Made by a program: the position numbers and the translations under genes. Source: Azolla caroliniana (Eukaryota > Plantae > Polypodiophyta). Taken from it: a stretch of 64,000 bases of DNA. The stretch spans positions 8,680,001 through 8,744,000 of the forward strand of contig JBHGNT010000007.1 in NCBI GenBank assembly GCA_043228905.1, written 5' to 3'. Numbering within the stretch: position 1 is the stretch's first letter; the number at the start of each line of letters is the position of its first letter. A model generated the notes under the pieces. It worked only from the letters and a program-made list of their open reading frames with translations. It did not search any database and had not been told where the DNA came from. Of this stretch, positions 10,234 to 24,600 are shown piece after piece.

Positions 10234-11906
10234 TTTAGTTTATTTCCATATACACTGAATATTATGTAAGTCAATCAGTTGTAGCCGAGTTAGGGCGAGT
10301 TCAAAGTGTGTTAAACAATTGAGCAGGTACCTTCTATGTGAATTTACCTCTACCTAAATCTGTGTTAAGAGTGCACCATAAGTAGTGCAACCTATTCAGT
10401 ATGTGTTACCCATCCCTCTGACCACAAGAAATTGATCAGGGTAGTTAGGGATTAAATATCCGAGCCATGTTACTAGAGACCAATAACAAAGCAAAGAGGG
10501 GTGCCAAACCACCCGACCACCCCTAGCAACAACATGAGATGGACCCCTACCTCCTGGATGTCCCATACCATCGAGGATTGATGTGGGTCATACCTTGGGT
10601 TCTATGAGGAATGCACGTGCTTAGCTAACAAGAGCCATAGCCACATTGTCATAGTCTCAACATAAGTCAAGCCTTCCTTCTGAAAAGAAGGTAGCTAGCC
10701 TCCTTATATAGGCAGAAACTCGATGCCCTAGTGTGTTCACACTTTACTACTTTATTTGAAGTTGTCAAGTGACAACACACTTAATAGATATCCCACACTG
10801 TGGAATTGAATATTATGATTCACACACTTAGAAATCCAAGTCCACTACTGACATTTATTACAATGTATCTCCATGTGATTCACACCACTCATGAGTGACC
10901 ATCTCTCTTGATAGTTTGTTCCACCAACAAAACTACCCTTCTTCGACAATTATCTTTCTTACTCGTTTTGTTTTGAGGTCGAGAGTCTATGTTTTGTGAG
11001 TGCATCCTAATTTTCTTCCTCTTTTGTAGTTGAGAAAGGCATCCAAATGCAAGTAGAGCACTTGGATTTCTAAGGTCATGCTCTTGAATCATACATGATT
11101 TCCTTCTATCAACAATATGAATTGGAGAATGATGAAAATATTTCTCTTGTTATGATAATTTTTCTTTATTGATCGAACCATTGATAGGGTGTCTAAAGTA
11201 TCCACTTCATTGAATACAAATGCATCTCCCATTCATTAAGTCAATGATGGAATTCAACACACACATGCCCCAAGGAGTGTGTGATGTAGCTTGTTATTTC
11301 ATAAGTGATATCCCAAGACCACCTAATGATGGGGATACAAACATCAAACTTGCTTCAATGTCGTTTGCATTTGACCAACCCCAACCACCACCTCTTACTA
11401 ACCCATAAATGTGAGGCCAACACCAATCCTTACTGTTTAGTTTTAGGATTTGTTCGCGTTTGTTCCACGTACATGCCATGGTGTTTGTTGTCTAGTGGCA
11501 AATTGTAATTCTACCAAATCAAGGCCAATCTTGTAAATAAGCTCATCAAATACCTAGGCTAGAAAAGGATCTTTATTCAGGAGGCCCAATGACTAATAAG
11601 TATATGCATTGCATGAGACAAGCAAATGCACAGTACTCGATGTACTTCCTACTATGTAATCTATATAGTGTGTACAACCATGCAAATAGGATGTGGAATA
11701 CACAGAATATTCTCGTTTAATGAAGATTGTGATGATGTAAGACATCCCCTAATCAAGGTGTAAGCATAGTTCTAGCCATACGTCCCATTCGTGTCATACT
11801 CAAACGCTAATATTCATATTATACTCATGCGTGAAAAGGCTCCAAGTATGATTGAAATCCATACGCGGTACATAGATATATACATATGGTGTATATGGTG
11901 TACATA

Positions 11907-11910
11907 GTGT

Positions 11911-11947
<37 letters not shown>

Positions 11948-12166
11948 GAAGCGTTCGTGGTCTAGAGAGAGAAGCCCTGTTTTGCATGTGTGAGGAGACA
12001 GTGGTTGAGTGTATATCTAGACTCTAGAGAGAGAGAGAGAGAGAGAGGAGCTATGGGTTTTGTGTGTGTGAGGGAGTGTGTAATATGTATATTAAATATC
12101 TAGATTTTGTAGAGAGAGAAGATCTGTCAGTTCTCTTGAGAGAGAGAGAGAGTGTGTGTGTGTGTG
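11907..12166. repeat. GT and GA microsatellite cluster upstream of ATG18
   Basis: Several (GT)n and (GA)n runs visible. Confidence 0.8.
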
Positions 12167-12596
12167 TCAGACGTCACTTCTATTCACAAAGAATTATGAA
12201 TATCAAAAATTTAAAAAAGCCAAAAAAAAAAGCCAAACGAATATCGTGTATCATATACGTACGTTTGCAAACGTTCATACGTCCAGTAAATTGGACGTAC
12301 GCGAATATTAGGAACTATGGGTGTAAGTGGACGAAGATTGGGAGATTTCAATAAACAATGGCGACACATGGCATTAACATGAACCTTAAACAAGACATTA
12401 ATGTCTTATTAGCTACATTTAATGTATGATTATACAACATATGCTAATAACAACGCATGTACAAAAATGGTCGATCAAGCGACAAGGTTTTTCTAACTTT
12501 ATGGAAGACAAAGTTCAATGTAAGCAAAGGGTGATAGCAAGTGATGAGTATTTCTTGAAATAATCGTATGCTTTGTTGGTCACCTTCTTCACATGT

Positions 12597-12627
<31 letters not shown>

Positions 12628-12632
12628 ATATG

Positions 12633-13424
12633 TAGCCGGGCCCGGTTCGGTTTCTTGGCCTTGAAACCAAACCAAACCATTTATTAATAATAAAAACCGA
12701 ACCAAACTGTTTTAAAATTTATGAAGCCATTTAAACCAAACCGTTTTATGAATAGGAGAAACCAAACCGTTTACGAAAAATTTAAAACCAAACCAATCCA
12801 TTTTTTATTGATATTAATCATCATACTTATGATAAATTTGTGTGAGAAAATCATCATAAGATTTGTCATCATACTTATCATAAGATTTGTCATCATATGA
12901 TAAGTATGATGATCAATTTGTCATCATAAATTTGGTCATCATACTGACCATAAATTTGATCATTATACTTATCATAAAATTGATCATCATACTTATCATA
13001 AAATTGATCATCATACTTATCATAATTGATCATTATACTTATCATAAAATTGATCATCATACTTATTATAATTGATCATTATACTTATCATAAAATTGAT
13101 CATCATACTTATCATAATTGATCATTATAAATGAAAAGGAGACTCTATATAAATTTCAATAAATTAAAACAAGAGTTTAAAATTAAAAGTTGAAAGTTAG
13201 AGCCTATAGAGAATATTTTTAAGTATTTTTTAACCTATAAACCTTTAAACCGAACCACATAAACAGAAACCGATAAGCCAATAAACCGATAAACCGGTAA
13301 ATTCAAAACCGATTAGTAACATTTTTAACCAAACCAAACCGTTTATTTATCTTTGAGCCTATAAACCGTTAAGCCGCGGTTTTTAAGTTTGGTTCAGTTT
13401 GAGCCGAAACTGGGCCCATTGCTA
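12633..13424. mobile_element. hAT-type non-autonomous DNA element (MITE) in a TATG microsatellite just upstream of the ATG18 start
   Basis: Imperfect TIRs tagccgggcccggttcgg / ccgaaactgggcccattgcta; many subterminal AAACC/AACCG motifs; 8-bp flanks tatatatg and tatgtatg; internal about 21-24-bp ATCATACTTATCATAAAATTG repeats (12815-13130). Confidence 0.75.
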
Positions 13425-13530
13425 TATGTATGTATGTATGTTGGTACGTAGGTGATATCTTCTTCACATAGATCATCCTGCCGAAGAAGCGAGCATTTGG
13501 GTTCTTTTCCCTTCCTTCTTGTACTAACAA

Positions 13531-14265
13531 ATGTCAGACCTCGACCTTCCATCGCCATTACCAAGAAACCAAATCGCCCATCAAGCTGCTTCTTCTTCTT
13601 CGTCTACTTCTACTTCTTCAGATCAGGAATCGAACCGAGATCTCTTGTCAGTTTCATTCAACCAAGACCATGGATGTTTCGCTTGTGCAACAAAGACAGG
13701 ATTCAGAATATACAATTGTGACCCTTTTAAGAGAACATTTCAAAGGGATTTCAACGATGGAGGTATATCTATGGTTGAGATGCTATTTAGATGTAATATA
13801 CTTGCGTTAGTAGGAGGAGGAGAGAAACCTCTGTTTCCACCTAACAAAGTGATGATATGGGATGATCATCAAAATCGATGTATCGGAGAACTCTCATTCC
13901 GATCTGAAGTTCGATCGGTTCGTCTTCGACGAGATCGGATCGTGGTAGTTCTTGAACATAAGATCTATATATACAACTTCTCAGACCTCAAATTGCTTCA
14001 TCAAATTGAGACGATTCCAAATCCAAAAGGTATTTGTGCACTCTCCTCGGCCTCAGATTCAATTGTTCTTGCCTGTGTTGGGTTGCATCGAGGTCAAGTG
14101 AGAGTAGAACATTATGGATTGAAGAAGACTAAATTTGTATTAGCACATGACACACATATTGCTTGCCTGGCTCTTACACTTGATGGCTTCCTTCTTGCCA
14201 CTGCTAGCTCCAAAGGAACGCTTGTTCGGATCTTCAACTCTATGGATGGAACAAAACTCCGTGAG
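13531..14265 (+). CDS. ATG18: Autophagy-related protein 18 (ATG18a-like WD40 PROPPIN), coding exon 1
   Basis: [49 protein letters not shown]; donor GAG|GTAGG, phase 0. Confidence 0.95.
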
Positions 14266-14296
14266 GTAGGAAGCTTACTTTTCAATGCAATATAAG

Positions 14297-14665
14297 CCCT
14301 CAGTTTGTTTTCAAAAATGATTTAGACTACCACCCTTTGTTCTAAATATAATTAGAATACTCCTCAAAATATTAAATTAGCAATTTCCACATTTACAAGA
14401 TTTCTCATGATTCTCAAAATTATTAGAATACTTCTCAGTTTCCAGAAACGGATTAGAATATCCTTGGAAAAACTGATTACAATACCCCTTGGTATCCAAA
14501 AACAATTTGAATATTGCTTGGTCCAATAAATAATTATAACACCCTCGGTTTCGAAAAGGTATTAGAATACCTCTCAGCTTCCAGAAATGATCAGAATACC
14601 CATCGGTTCTTAAAAGCTTTTAGAATACCCCTCAGGTTTCAAAAAACTATTAGAATGCCTGTCAG
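14297..14665. repeat. Degenerate about 31-bp tandem repeat in ATG18 intron 1
   Basis: Recurrent TTAGAATACCCCTCAGTTTC-like unit, roughly 10-12 copies. Confidence 0.7.
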
Positions 14666-15433
14666 ATATTTCAATAAAATGTATTAAATACATGTCACAA
14701 GAAGTTTAAGTCAGATTGTAGGAGTTGATTAGAGATACCATAAATTCATTAAGCTTAAGATGAAATTGTAAATTCAGATGAGAAGTTTTTAGGCATTTTC
14801 CTGTGAGGGAAACAAGACAATATCAGAGAGCTAATTTTCATCAACCAGTTGCAAGTTATCGATGTTTTGGATTTTTATACTAATCGTATGAATTTCCTTT
14901 TCATGTATGAAGAAATAGAAAATTATGAGAGGCTATCAGAAGTTAGTAGAAAATTTTGTATACCTCTGTCTGATTTTACTCTTCTTCTAAACATTTTCAA
15001 TCAAAAGCTCAAAACTTTGACTCGTGTTCTAGTGAATGGAGGGCATCATTACCCAAAAATGTTGGTAGCTTAGTTATATATGTCATGCAAAGATCTAGTT
15101 TTATGTAGACAAAAATATAAAACATTATGTTCTTGGATAAAAGTCAAATATATTGAACTGCCAATTCTGCACATTATTAGGTATCAAAAGAACAATACAA
15201 CGATGGTCTTTTGTGAGACATGTAGCATGTGTTGGCCCATGTTTTCTATTGTTCAACTGTATGAGCTTTTGCAGGCTACGCTTCCACACCTACCTAGCTA
15301 GATCTGCTCCCACTGGCCTACAGAAACACCATTTCCCCAGAATGCCAGAAATTGGAGTCATTGTAGGAAAATACCCTAGGAAAAACTTATATTCTGAATT
15401 AAACATGCCATAAAATTTATGCTCATCAAACAG

Positions 15434-15683
15434 GTCAGACGTGGCGCAGACAGTGCAAAGATTTATAGTGTCTCATTTTCATCGAATGCTCAATGGCTTG
15501 CTTTATCAAGTGACAAGGGAACAGTGCATGTATTTAGCTTAAAAGCTCCTGCAAGTGGTAATGAGCTGAAGCATGATGGTAGATCCTTGTCAGGTCTTCA
15601 TAATGGAAGTGGAACAAGTATTAGTGGTAGCCCACCTAGCACTAGTGCCAACAATCCAAGTTCTACCTTGTCCTTCATGAAAG
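15434..15683 (+). CDS. ATG18: ATG18 coding exon 2
   Basis: Acceptor AACAG; VRRGAD phosphoinositide-binding motif and SSDKGTVHVF; donor AAAG|GTATG. Confidence 0.93.
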
Positions 15684-16279
15684 GTATGGTCTAATTTATT
15701 TATGATTGATTTGTAAGTGGAAAACATCAAAATGTAATGATTTGACTATGTGCTGGCATTACTAATTTCCTCATATTTTTTGTCTTGTTAGTTAGAATTC
15801 ATTGAGTTACTTTTCTTTTGTAATTTTTATTACCATGTTTTTTATAACACTTCACTGCTGTAAATAGGTCAAACTAAGGTAAACGGCCAGTGCTGAACTA
15901 GTGTGAACCCTCAAACCTCCAAACCTAACTATATAAAAAGTAGGGCTTGTAAAGGTTGAGTGGTTAGCTTGTAAAGAATTTGATGACCATATTTAGTGTA
16001 TTGTACTGTCTCTCCCATTCCCTCTCAAGAACAATGTGCAATTATGAGTTTTCGTCCTCTCTAGGTTTCAGCATTGTGGCTGAAACCATTAGTTAGCTCC
16101 CTGTAAGTTGTACTATTGCTCCACTCTGTGATTGTCTTTGTCAGAGATGGGAAGGGATGAATGGTTATGTGGAGCGTGATTCTTCATGACTTTTGTTGAT
16201 GCTACAAGGAATGTTTGGATGTTTTCCTTGAAGAGCAAGGATGAGATGTGATTCGCTGGCTGCAGTAGAGATGTAGAAT

Positions 16280-17345
16280 TGAGTGAAGCTGAAGCCCTCA
16301 GATTGGACAATGTGGGAATCCAACTAGAACTGACAGATCCTTACACTCCAGTTCAGAACAGCATTGCATTAAGCATACTTACACCTCTTCAGAATTGCAT
16401 TGTGGAAAGGATGAATGGAGCATCCAAGTTTGGGCTGTCTTGATTTTACAACACACAAATCTGAACCAAGAGTTCTCGGCATAAGATGTGCTGACTGTTG
16501 TCCATGCAATAAATTCTCTCTAAGCAAACCCAAGGGCTTAAGAATAGGACAAGAGCTCTAGATTGGAAAGTCCCTGCATTATGAGCATCTACAAACATTT
16601 GCCTGTGACACATCTGCTCGTTTGCCCAAGGATCTATACGAGAAATTAGACCCAAAATTGAGAAAATGTATTTTTCTTTGATATGGACCCAATGCCAAGT
16701 ATGGGTACTGGTTGTGGGATCCAACTTCCCAAATGGTGACTTGGAGTAATGACATAATCATCTACTAGGAGAAGATGTATTAAAGGCATGCCAGAGAGGA
16801 AATAGGAAGGGTAACATTTACTGACTCACTGAACAGAGAAACGAGATATCAGGTGAGAACTTGTAGATTATGATTGGTATTGATGCCCAGATTGGTGTAG
16901 AGAAAAAGCAAACTGTAGGTAAGCCGGATGTTGAGAACTAGAGAGTCATGCTTGATCCCGGTGTTGCTGAAGGGGAGGACACATTTTGCTGAAGGGATAT
17001 GGAAATAAAGCAGATGAATGCAAAACGTGTCCTCATTTCTGTTCATTTCCAAATGGGCTAGATATGATAAGATTATTATTTAGTGGGCTTGAAAGCTAAA
17101 TTTTTTCATGTGGAAAAATTGAGTCATTAAAAGACTACAAAGCAATCGAAGAGATTCGAACCAATCACTTGGACAAGGTTCTTTGGAAACTTAAACACTC
17201 GTTGGGCTCAAAGTGTCCTAATTTGTGTTTGAAATATTCCCATAATGCTAGAACTCCAAGGGCTCTAAGAAAAAGTGGATAGGTATGCTATGATTATTTA
17301 GCAGTCATAAAAGCTGATATTTTTGCATGTGGAAATATTGGACAT
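16280..17345 (+). mobile_element. Highly decayed Copia-like remnant in ATG18 intron 2
   Basis: PYTP-QN-like integrase motif near 16339 and ADIF-like motif near 17313; no open frame; limits approximate. Confidence 0.4.
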
Positions 17346-19096
17346 TGAAAGTTTCTGCTTGAAAGCAGTCAAAGAACTTTCAAAAAAACCCGGCTTTACA
17401 TATTCATGAGATATAATACATAACTATCATAGTTTTGTTTATGATAATAACATTTAGTGCAACTTGTCAATTTAATATACAAATAATCAATGGCATGACC
17501 TTATCTGTTTCATTAAGAAGAATAGTGGTCATGATGTTATTCTGATTTTGGACTATGGAAACGTCAGAATCTTTTCTGTGTAAAATTGGTGGAGCTGTAG
17601 ACGTAGAACAAGACCATGAATATCTATCAGATTGACCAATTTGTATATTATGAGAACATCTATTAAGCAATAATTGGACTTTTATGGCAATATTCAATAA
17701 TATCAGAGTTGTTTGATAGCAGTGAATGTGTGTACGAAATTTATACTACATTTTCTTTTGTTTACCATTCTTTTACTAGAGTTCCAAATAATCCACGTGT
17801 TATAATAGTAATTTTGGCAGTATTCTCTTGCTACGTTAGAATTTGATGTTAAAAGATCCTGACACAAGTTTGAATGTTTTGGGCATAACAACTTCTCTTC
17901 TTTAAAGAAGACTCTTCATACCATTTCTTTTCTTCCCCACATTTTGATTGCATTGATAAAATGAAATGGGTGAGCTTTTCATATGGCTTCCTCGAGGTGA
18001 ATCAATTCGTTATTCTTAAAAAGGGTCCAGATGTAATCCTCATGCAAATTCAACAACTAAGGTTAACCTTGCAAAGATAATAGCCTCCTTTAATATTGAT
18101 GTTTACTAATTCAACAAGAATGCAGTTTCTCATAATCGATGCTAGTTTGTGTCTGATCAAGATAATAAAACAGTTGGTTGATATTGCTCTGGTGTTTCAC
18201 TTGACTAGAATGCACAGGATTGTTGCAAGTACTATTTTTGCTGGAAATGCATGAGGTAAAATTGGAGAGAACTCTGAAATGCAATTTTTAGCTTCCCATC
18301 CATTGTTTGCTATCGCCTATCCCATGTCCATATTCTGCTACATCATGTTTGTTTGATTAGATGTCACCAGCTATACAGACACGCTAACTGGTTCATTGAA
18401 ACTAACACCAAAGGATCCCCTAGCTATATGACAACCTAGCAACATAAATCAAGCAAACTCTACCCCACACTAGCCGTGATGGGTGGATTCCCCATATGCT
18501 CGAACTAGCATCCTACCCACAAGGGACAAGGTATGGAAATGACAAGGTATGGCTCTCTGCTAGCTGTGGTCATCATGTCACAAACTAGGTTTGAGTTTCC
18601 TTATATAACTGTCTGTGTTCATCCTCGTTCCCCCAGGTACAGAACCCACAAATCCAGACTATTTTTCATAAGCTTGATCCTCTACATACGGATATAACAT
18701 ACTTTCCCCCTTACAAATCATTGATTTCCTCATCAATGAAGCGCAGATACCAAGCTTTTTTGAGTTTTTAACAGATTTCTGAGTTGCAGAATTTTGAGAT
18801 TATCCATCACAAGTACTTATAGAAACTTTATGGTTAGAATGGTGTAGATATTGATGGAAGACTTTCAGATTTCAGATTCACATGAACATCTTTGTGAACA
18901 CTTTCCTGGATAGGAATGGTGAAATCAAACAAATTTTCTTATAAGTATGATATAAAAACTGAATGTATGGCAACACTTGAACCTTTTGTTTGTGGCTATT
19001 AGTTCTATATTGAAACTTACACAGAACCCCTTTTGGTGAACTATGGCATAGCTTTGGGATGATTTAGAGGATTTGCCATCTCTTGGTTCATTGCAG

Positions 19097-19223
19097 GTGT
19101 GCTTCCAAAATATTTCAGTTCAGAATGGTCATTTGCACAATTCCGGCTTCCTGAAGACATAAAGACTCTAGTAGGATTTGGACCTGATAAGACTACAGTG
19201 GTAATTGTTGGACTTGATGGAAG
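19097..19223 (+). CDS. ATG18: ATG18 coding exon 3
   Basis: Acceptor TTGCAG; [20 protein letters not shown]...IVGLDG; donor AG|GTAAA; phases consistent. Confidence 0.93.
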
Positions 19224-19317
19224 GTAAAAGATGTCTTTGAGAATATATTCTCTGTTTACTATCATTTTATCCTAAGTTTTTTTTTCATTGATTAGCATTT
19301 GGTTATGTGATGCACAG

Positions 19318-19456
19318 CTTCTATAGGTGTGCTTTTGATCCTATTCATGGAGGTGAGATGAAACAACAAGAATTTGCTAGGTTTATGAAACCAGATATAG
19401 AAGTGATGGTGGGGCAAAGTTCTAATGCCAAAAATGGAAGTGATCCTACATCATAA
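19318..19456 (+). CDS. ATG18: ATG18 coding exon 4 (stop TAA); spliced CDS 1251 nt, 416 aa
   Basis: Acceptor CACAG; SFYRCAFDPIHGGEMKQQEF matches the plant ATG18a C-terminus. Confidence 0.92.
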
Positions 19457-21003
19457 TCTCTATCCAAGTATTGGCATGATAAAAGAAAATATGTGATACC
19501 TTGAGAATTGGTTTAAGAACATTGGTGTAGTGGATAAATGTTGCTCTTTCTTGTCTCCAATGTCCTTCCATAAATGTAAAAAATATGATGAAAATATCAA
19601 AATTTCTCAAGTATCGTCTTGGGATGACCAAAACAACATTTATTGTCATGTATGCATATTGCTCCCAAGAAACCCCATTAGTTGTCTAGGATATGTGACA
19701 TTGTCGAATATAATTCGCTTTCAAGGTTTAGCTATGATAAGAACCTATTATCCTAGTGGTTGATTGACATTGTTTTCATGGGGGAAAATTTGTTAGCTTG
19801 TCTATCAGCAAGCAAAGAAATATCGCATTTCAGTGTATAAATGCTTTCATGGACTACAATGGCAAAATCTCACTATTCTAGTCGTTTGTCAACACGTTAC
19901 TTTAATTGAAGAGTTGTAGAATAACTTAATATGAACATACGATTTCTTTGAAGATGGGATGATAAGAGAAGGGGCAAATAATAAACAGGATAGGCATGTA
20001 TATATAGTGGTTAATAGTTATAGCATCAACTTTTCAAATGTTTTGAGAAAAGAGTAATCAAAAAGCAATTCTGCATCATAACCAGACAGTGGACAACCAT
20101 CTCTCTCAACCATTGTATATTGAATTGCAGCTTCCTAACATAATTGCTCATCAATGATAGGCATTTTTTGAAGTGAATGGAAAATTTGGGCTTCTTCAAC
20201 CATTGTAGATTTATTAATCACCATGTATTCTGGGAGAGCCATTGATACCCAACATTTGCAATTTTGTAGTATTGACCTAAAGTAGTACTATGCTTACCTT
20301 TATAAACTTGATAGCATACAGTGTTTGCATTATATCTGCTATGAAATAGAAAGGGTTACATCTATGCTTTCCCAAATTCATCTCTTTAACTAGATTAACA
20401 AACAGTTTAAATACAGTTTAAATGCAGAACAAACCCTACAACCACTACAACCATTCACATTCTTTTCATGCATAATATTTTGCAAGTAAACCTTCCAGGT
20501 GATTGTCAACAGTTAATATACTCTTTAAGATGCAATTTGATATGAGATCATTGTTATTAGCCCATTTCCAATGACATAATTAGCCTGGTGTCATTCGTAA
20601 CATCTACACCTGCAAATTATTGTCACTCCTGCTCTTTGTTCATGTCATGCCATTTAGGAAAGTCAATAGACTGGAACGCATAAATCTAATGACACATAAG
20701 ACATTTGTCATCTAAAACCAACAGTCATCGACACAGTCAGGTATCCATCACATGGATTTTCATCACAAATGAAACATTGTCAATTATATTGATGAGCCTG
20801 CAGGTCACCTATAACTAGTTAATTCTTAGTTGTCTTTGATTGCTTGACAAGCATATTATCCATGGCTTGGCCTTTGGAAGTTCATACTAGTGTTTTATTT
20901 TGTCAATCATGTGAAATAATTAGTGAGATGTGCTCGTTAAGTTATGCTTTTGCCAAGTACCATCAATGCCCTTAAATAGCTCTCTACAATCACCCAATTA
21001 AGA

Positions 21004-21099
21004 ATCCAGTTGCCACAATCAACATAATCTTCAGTGGAAACATCGTTCAAACTGTTATAGCATTGGATCAAACATCTTAACAAATTTCAATTTCCTTCA
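21004..21099 (+). repeat. Left copy of 96-bp direct repeat flanking Copia B
   Basis: atccagttgccacaatc...aatttccttca repeated at 26282-26377 with about 4 mismatches. Confidence 0.92.
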
Positions 21100-21320
21100 G
21101 AATGTTTAAAAGAACGGCTAGCCCAATGGCTAGTTATTTCCAACAGCTAGTTAGCCCAACGACCATATCTTGGCCTTTATAAAGAGGAACTTTCTCCTCA
21201 TGTAACAATAAACTATCTTTGTATTTTTCTCCCTCTAGCTGTGACATACCAATGTATATTACTGAACAGATGTGCCTTCTCATTTTTCCTTATGGTATCA
21301 GAGCATAGACCTGCCCCTTT

Positions 21321-21648
21321 GCAAAACCCTAGATCCACCCTTCTACTGGTATGACAGCGATTGGAACAGCACTGTCCTAGCATCCACAAGAGGGAAGGGG
21401 GATTTTTTTTCCATTTGGGATGACATTGCTATGTGATTGAGAGCAAAGATAGGCCAAGTTGACAACATGGATGAGGTGTCCGCCACTCTGCAAAACCCTA
21501 GATCCACCCTTCTACTGGTATGACAGCGATTGGAACAACATTGTCCTAGCATCCACGAGAGGGAAGAGGGATTTTTTTTCCATTTGGGATGACATTGCTA
21601 TGTGATTGAGTGTAGAGATAGGCCAAGGTGAGAAGACGGATGAGGTGT
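21321..21648 (+). repeat. 169-bp tandem duplication in the Copia B leader
   Basis: gcaaaaccctagatccacc...gatgaggtgt starting at 21321 and 21490. Confidence 0.9.
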
Positions 21649-24600
21649 TCTCAAAATTGAACGAGGATGAGGTGAAAACATTGGTGAAATACATGAAGCA
21701 GGCTGAGATTGTAGCATCTGGAGGTGTGAAAAGAACACAACCACCACCCCGACTTGAACTCCTCCCAGTTGAGTTCAAAATCGATGGACCAGCCACATAC
21801 TTGAGTTGGTCGCGTCGAATTATAGGTGTCTTGGCAAGGAGAAGCCTTGACGGATACTTAACAGGAGAAGAGAAAGAACCTCTTGTCATAACGAGCAATG
21901 AATGGAAAGCATGGAGAGCTACCCACATGTCTTTGTACATGTGCCTTCTCAACTCCATGGTTCCATCAATCGCCACAACAGTTGATGGAATTTTAAGTCT
22001 AAAGGAGATATGGGAGAAATTGCAAAAGACGTATGTTGGGAGGGGAAACAACATGAGAGTATTTCAAATCGAGAAAGAGATAGATGTTGTTTGGCAGGGA
22101 GATAGGATGATTCATGAATATGCCATAGAGCTAGAGTGTCTATGGGCAGAATACGATCATTTCTCGCTTGTGACAGTGTGCAATGATCCTAAATGTAAGA
22201 GCGAGGAAATTTCTGCTCAAAGAAGAACCATGGAATTTTTGAAACATCTCAACCCGTCATTTAATCAAAGAAGGGCAGTTCTTCTAGCCAAGGCTGAAAT
22301 TCCCACACTTGATGAGGCAATTGCGACTATGATACAAGAGGAGAGTAGAATGAAGCTACTCTCTGACACTACTAGACTTCCAGGGGTACGATCAGCGCTA
22401 ATGGTGTCAAATTCAAGCGGAAGTGAAAATCGAAAATGCTACAATTGTGGTGAAGCTGGTCATTTAAAGAATGCTTGCCCTAAACCATCGAAGGAGAGAG
22501 AATATGGAGGACGTGGACAAACTAGAGATCGTGGTCGTGGGGGGCAAAGAGGTGCAAGAGGTCACCAAGCAAACTTGATGGTAACAAAAGAAGAGGAAGG
22601 AACTAAGGTGTTCACCAAGAGGATCAAGCTCTCTTAGAAATACTTAGGTGGAAGCAAAGAGCCGCAGATGATACTTCGTTCATGTCAATAGGTAACATTG
22701 CCACCTATGCTTATTCAGCCACAAGTACTAGTAACACAAATACTCTTGCCTCTACACCAGAATGGATAATTGATTATGGTGCATCTAGGCATGTTACAGG
22801 TAATACTAGTGAATTCTCCTCGTATACTGACTTATCAATGCCAGAAAGCATTCAAATTGTTGACGGTACAACACAAACTGTAGTGGGTATAGGTACAGTA
22901 AAATGTACCGACTCTGTGACATTGTCTAATGTGTTGCATGCTCCTTCTTTCCCAGTAAACTTATTATCCATAAGTTCTAGCATACACCAACTAAACTGTG
23001 TTGTTTCTTTTGATATTCCCAAGGTGATATTCCAGGAGAAAGGGACAGGTCGGAGACTTGGGACATGGCATAGTGGACTATGGTATTTGGATCGTGAAGG
23101 GTTGGATTCAACATTAGCATCTATGGTAGAGGGAACAGATGTAAGGGAATCTAAAATGAGTTATGAGGAGTTGTTGATACTTTACCACTAACATATGGGA
23201 CATACATCTTATGGCGTTTTGAGTCGGGTGTATCCACACCTTTTTGAAAAAGGTTGATAAAACAAAACTTGTTTGTGATGCATGTGAATTCGGTAAGCTT
23301 ACTAAAAGCTCATATGCTAGTTCAAGTCATAGGAGTTCCCATGCATTTGATGTAATACACTCCGATGTTTGGGAACCATGTTCCACAAGTTCTATTAATG
23401 GATATCGATATTTTGTCTCTTTCATTGACTGCTTCTCTCATGTGATTTGGTTATATTTGATGAGGAAAAAGAATGAAGTATTTGCTTGTTTTAAAGATTT
23501 TCAAAGAGCAGTTCAAACTCAATATGGTGCAGTAGTAAAAGTGTTGAGGTCTGATAATGGAACAGAGTATGCTAACATGCGATTTAGGGCATACCTCTCA
23601 AATCAAGGAATACAACATCAAACTACATGCCCATAAACACCAAAACAAAATGGAGTAGCAGAGCGGAAGAATAGACATCTTCTAGAGGTAACGAGAAGCA
23701 TGATGATTTCTATGAATGTCCCAAAGCAGTTGTGGGGACTGGTAGTTTTGACGGCTGCCACATTGATCAATAGAATGCCCTCTAGAGTATTGGATTGGAA
23801 GTCTCCATGTGAGTTGTTTCAAGGCAATAACTCTAGAATCCTTCCTTTGAAGGTGTTTGGATGTGTGTGTTTTGTAAAGGACAGTAGACCATCTATAGGA
23901 AAACTTGATCCTAAAGTTGTAAAATGTGTATTTGTGGGATACTTTGCCACACAAAAAGGCTATGTTTGTTGAGTCTAGTAGAGAAGAGATTATTTGTGAG
24001 CATGGATGTGCATTTCAGAGAGCTAGAGCCATATTATAAACAAGGGGTAACTTCACTCTTTGATGACTTAATTGAGACTGACAATATGAGGGAAGGAGAT
24101 AATGGTGAGAAGTTGCTAAAAATAGGATCAATTCCTTTACTGATCCCTACATCAGCTAAGAAACAAGTGAGCGTAGGCGGTACGGAAGAAGAAGGAAACG
24201 AAGACGAGGAGCCTATATGCGTTGGAACTCGAGCTAAGGGGGAGCTAAAGGTGTATACAAGGAAGAGGAGGCAGAAAGAAGGAAATAGGAACACATCTTC
24301 AGTGCCACATGTGCCATCAAGTTCCATGTCTCGACCTACCTCGACTTCTAAAATACCTACAGAACTCCCAAACCCAGAAATCACAAGTGATATGATTTCC
24401 TCTCCTTCTCCTATAGAGATTAGGAGGACCTCTCGCAGTAATGCAGGAGTCCCTCCTGATCGTTATGGTTTTCCTCATGATATTGCTCAGTTTATCTCTT
24501 ATTCTAACATATCAGCTACACATAGAGCATTCACTGCATCATTAGACTATGTCACTTTACCCAAGTGTTGGCAGGTTGGTAAAGAAGATCCAAAATGGAA

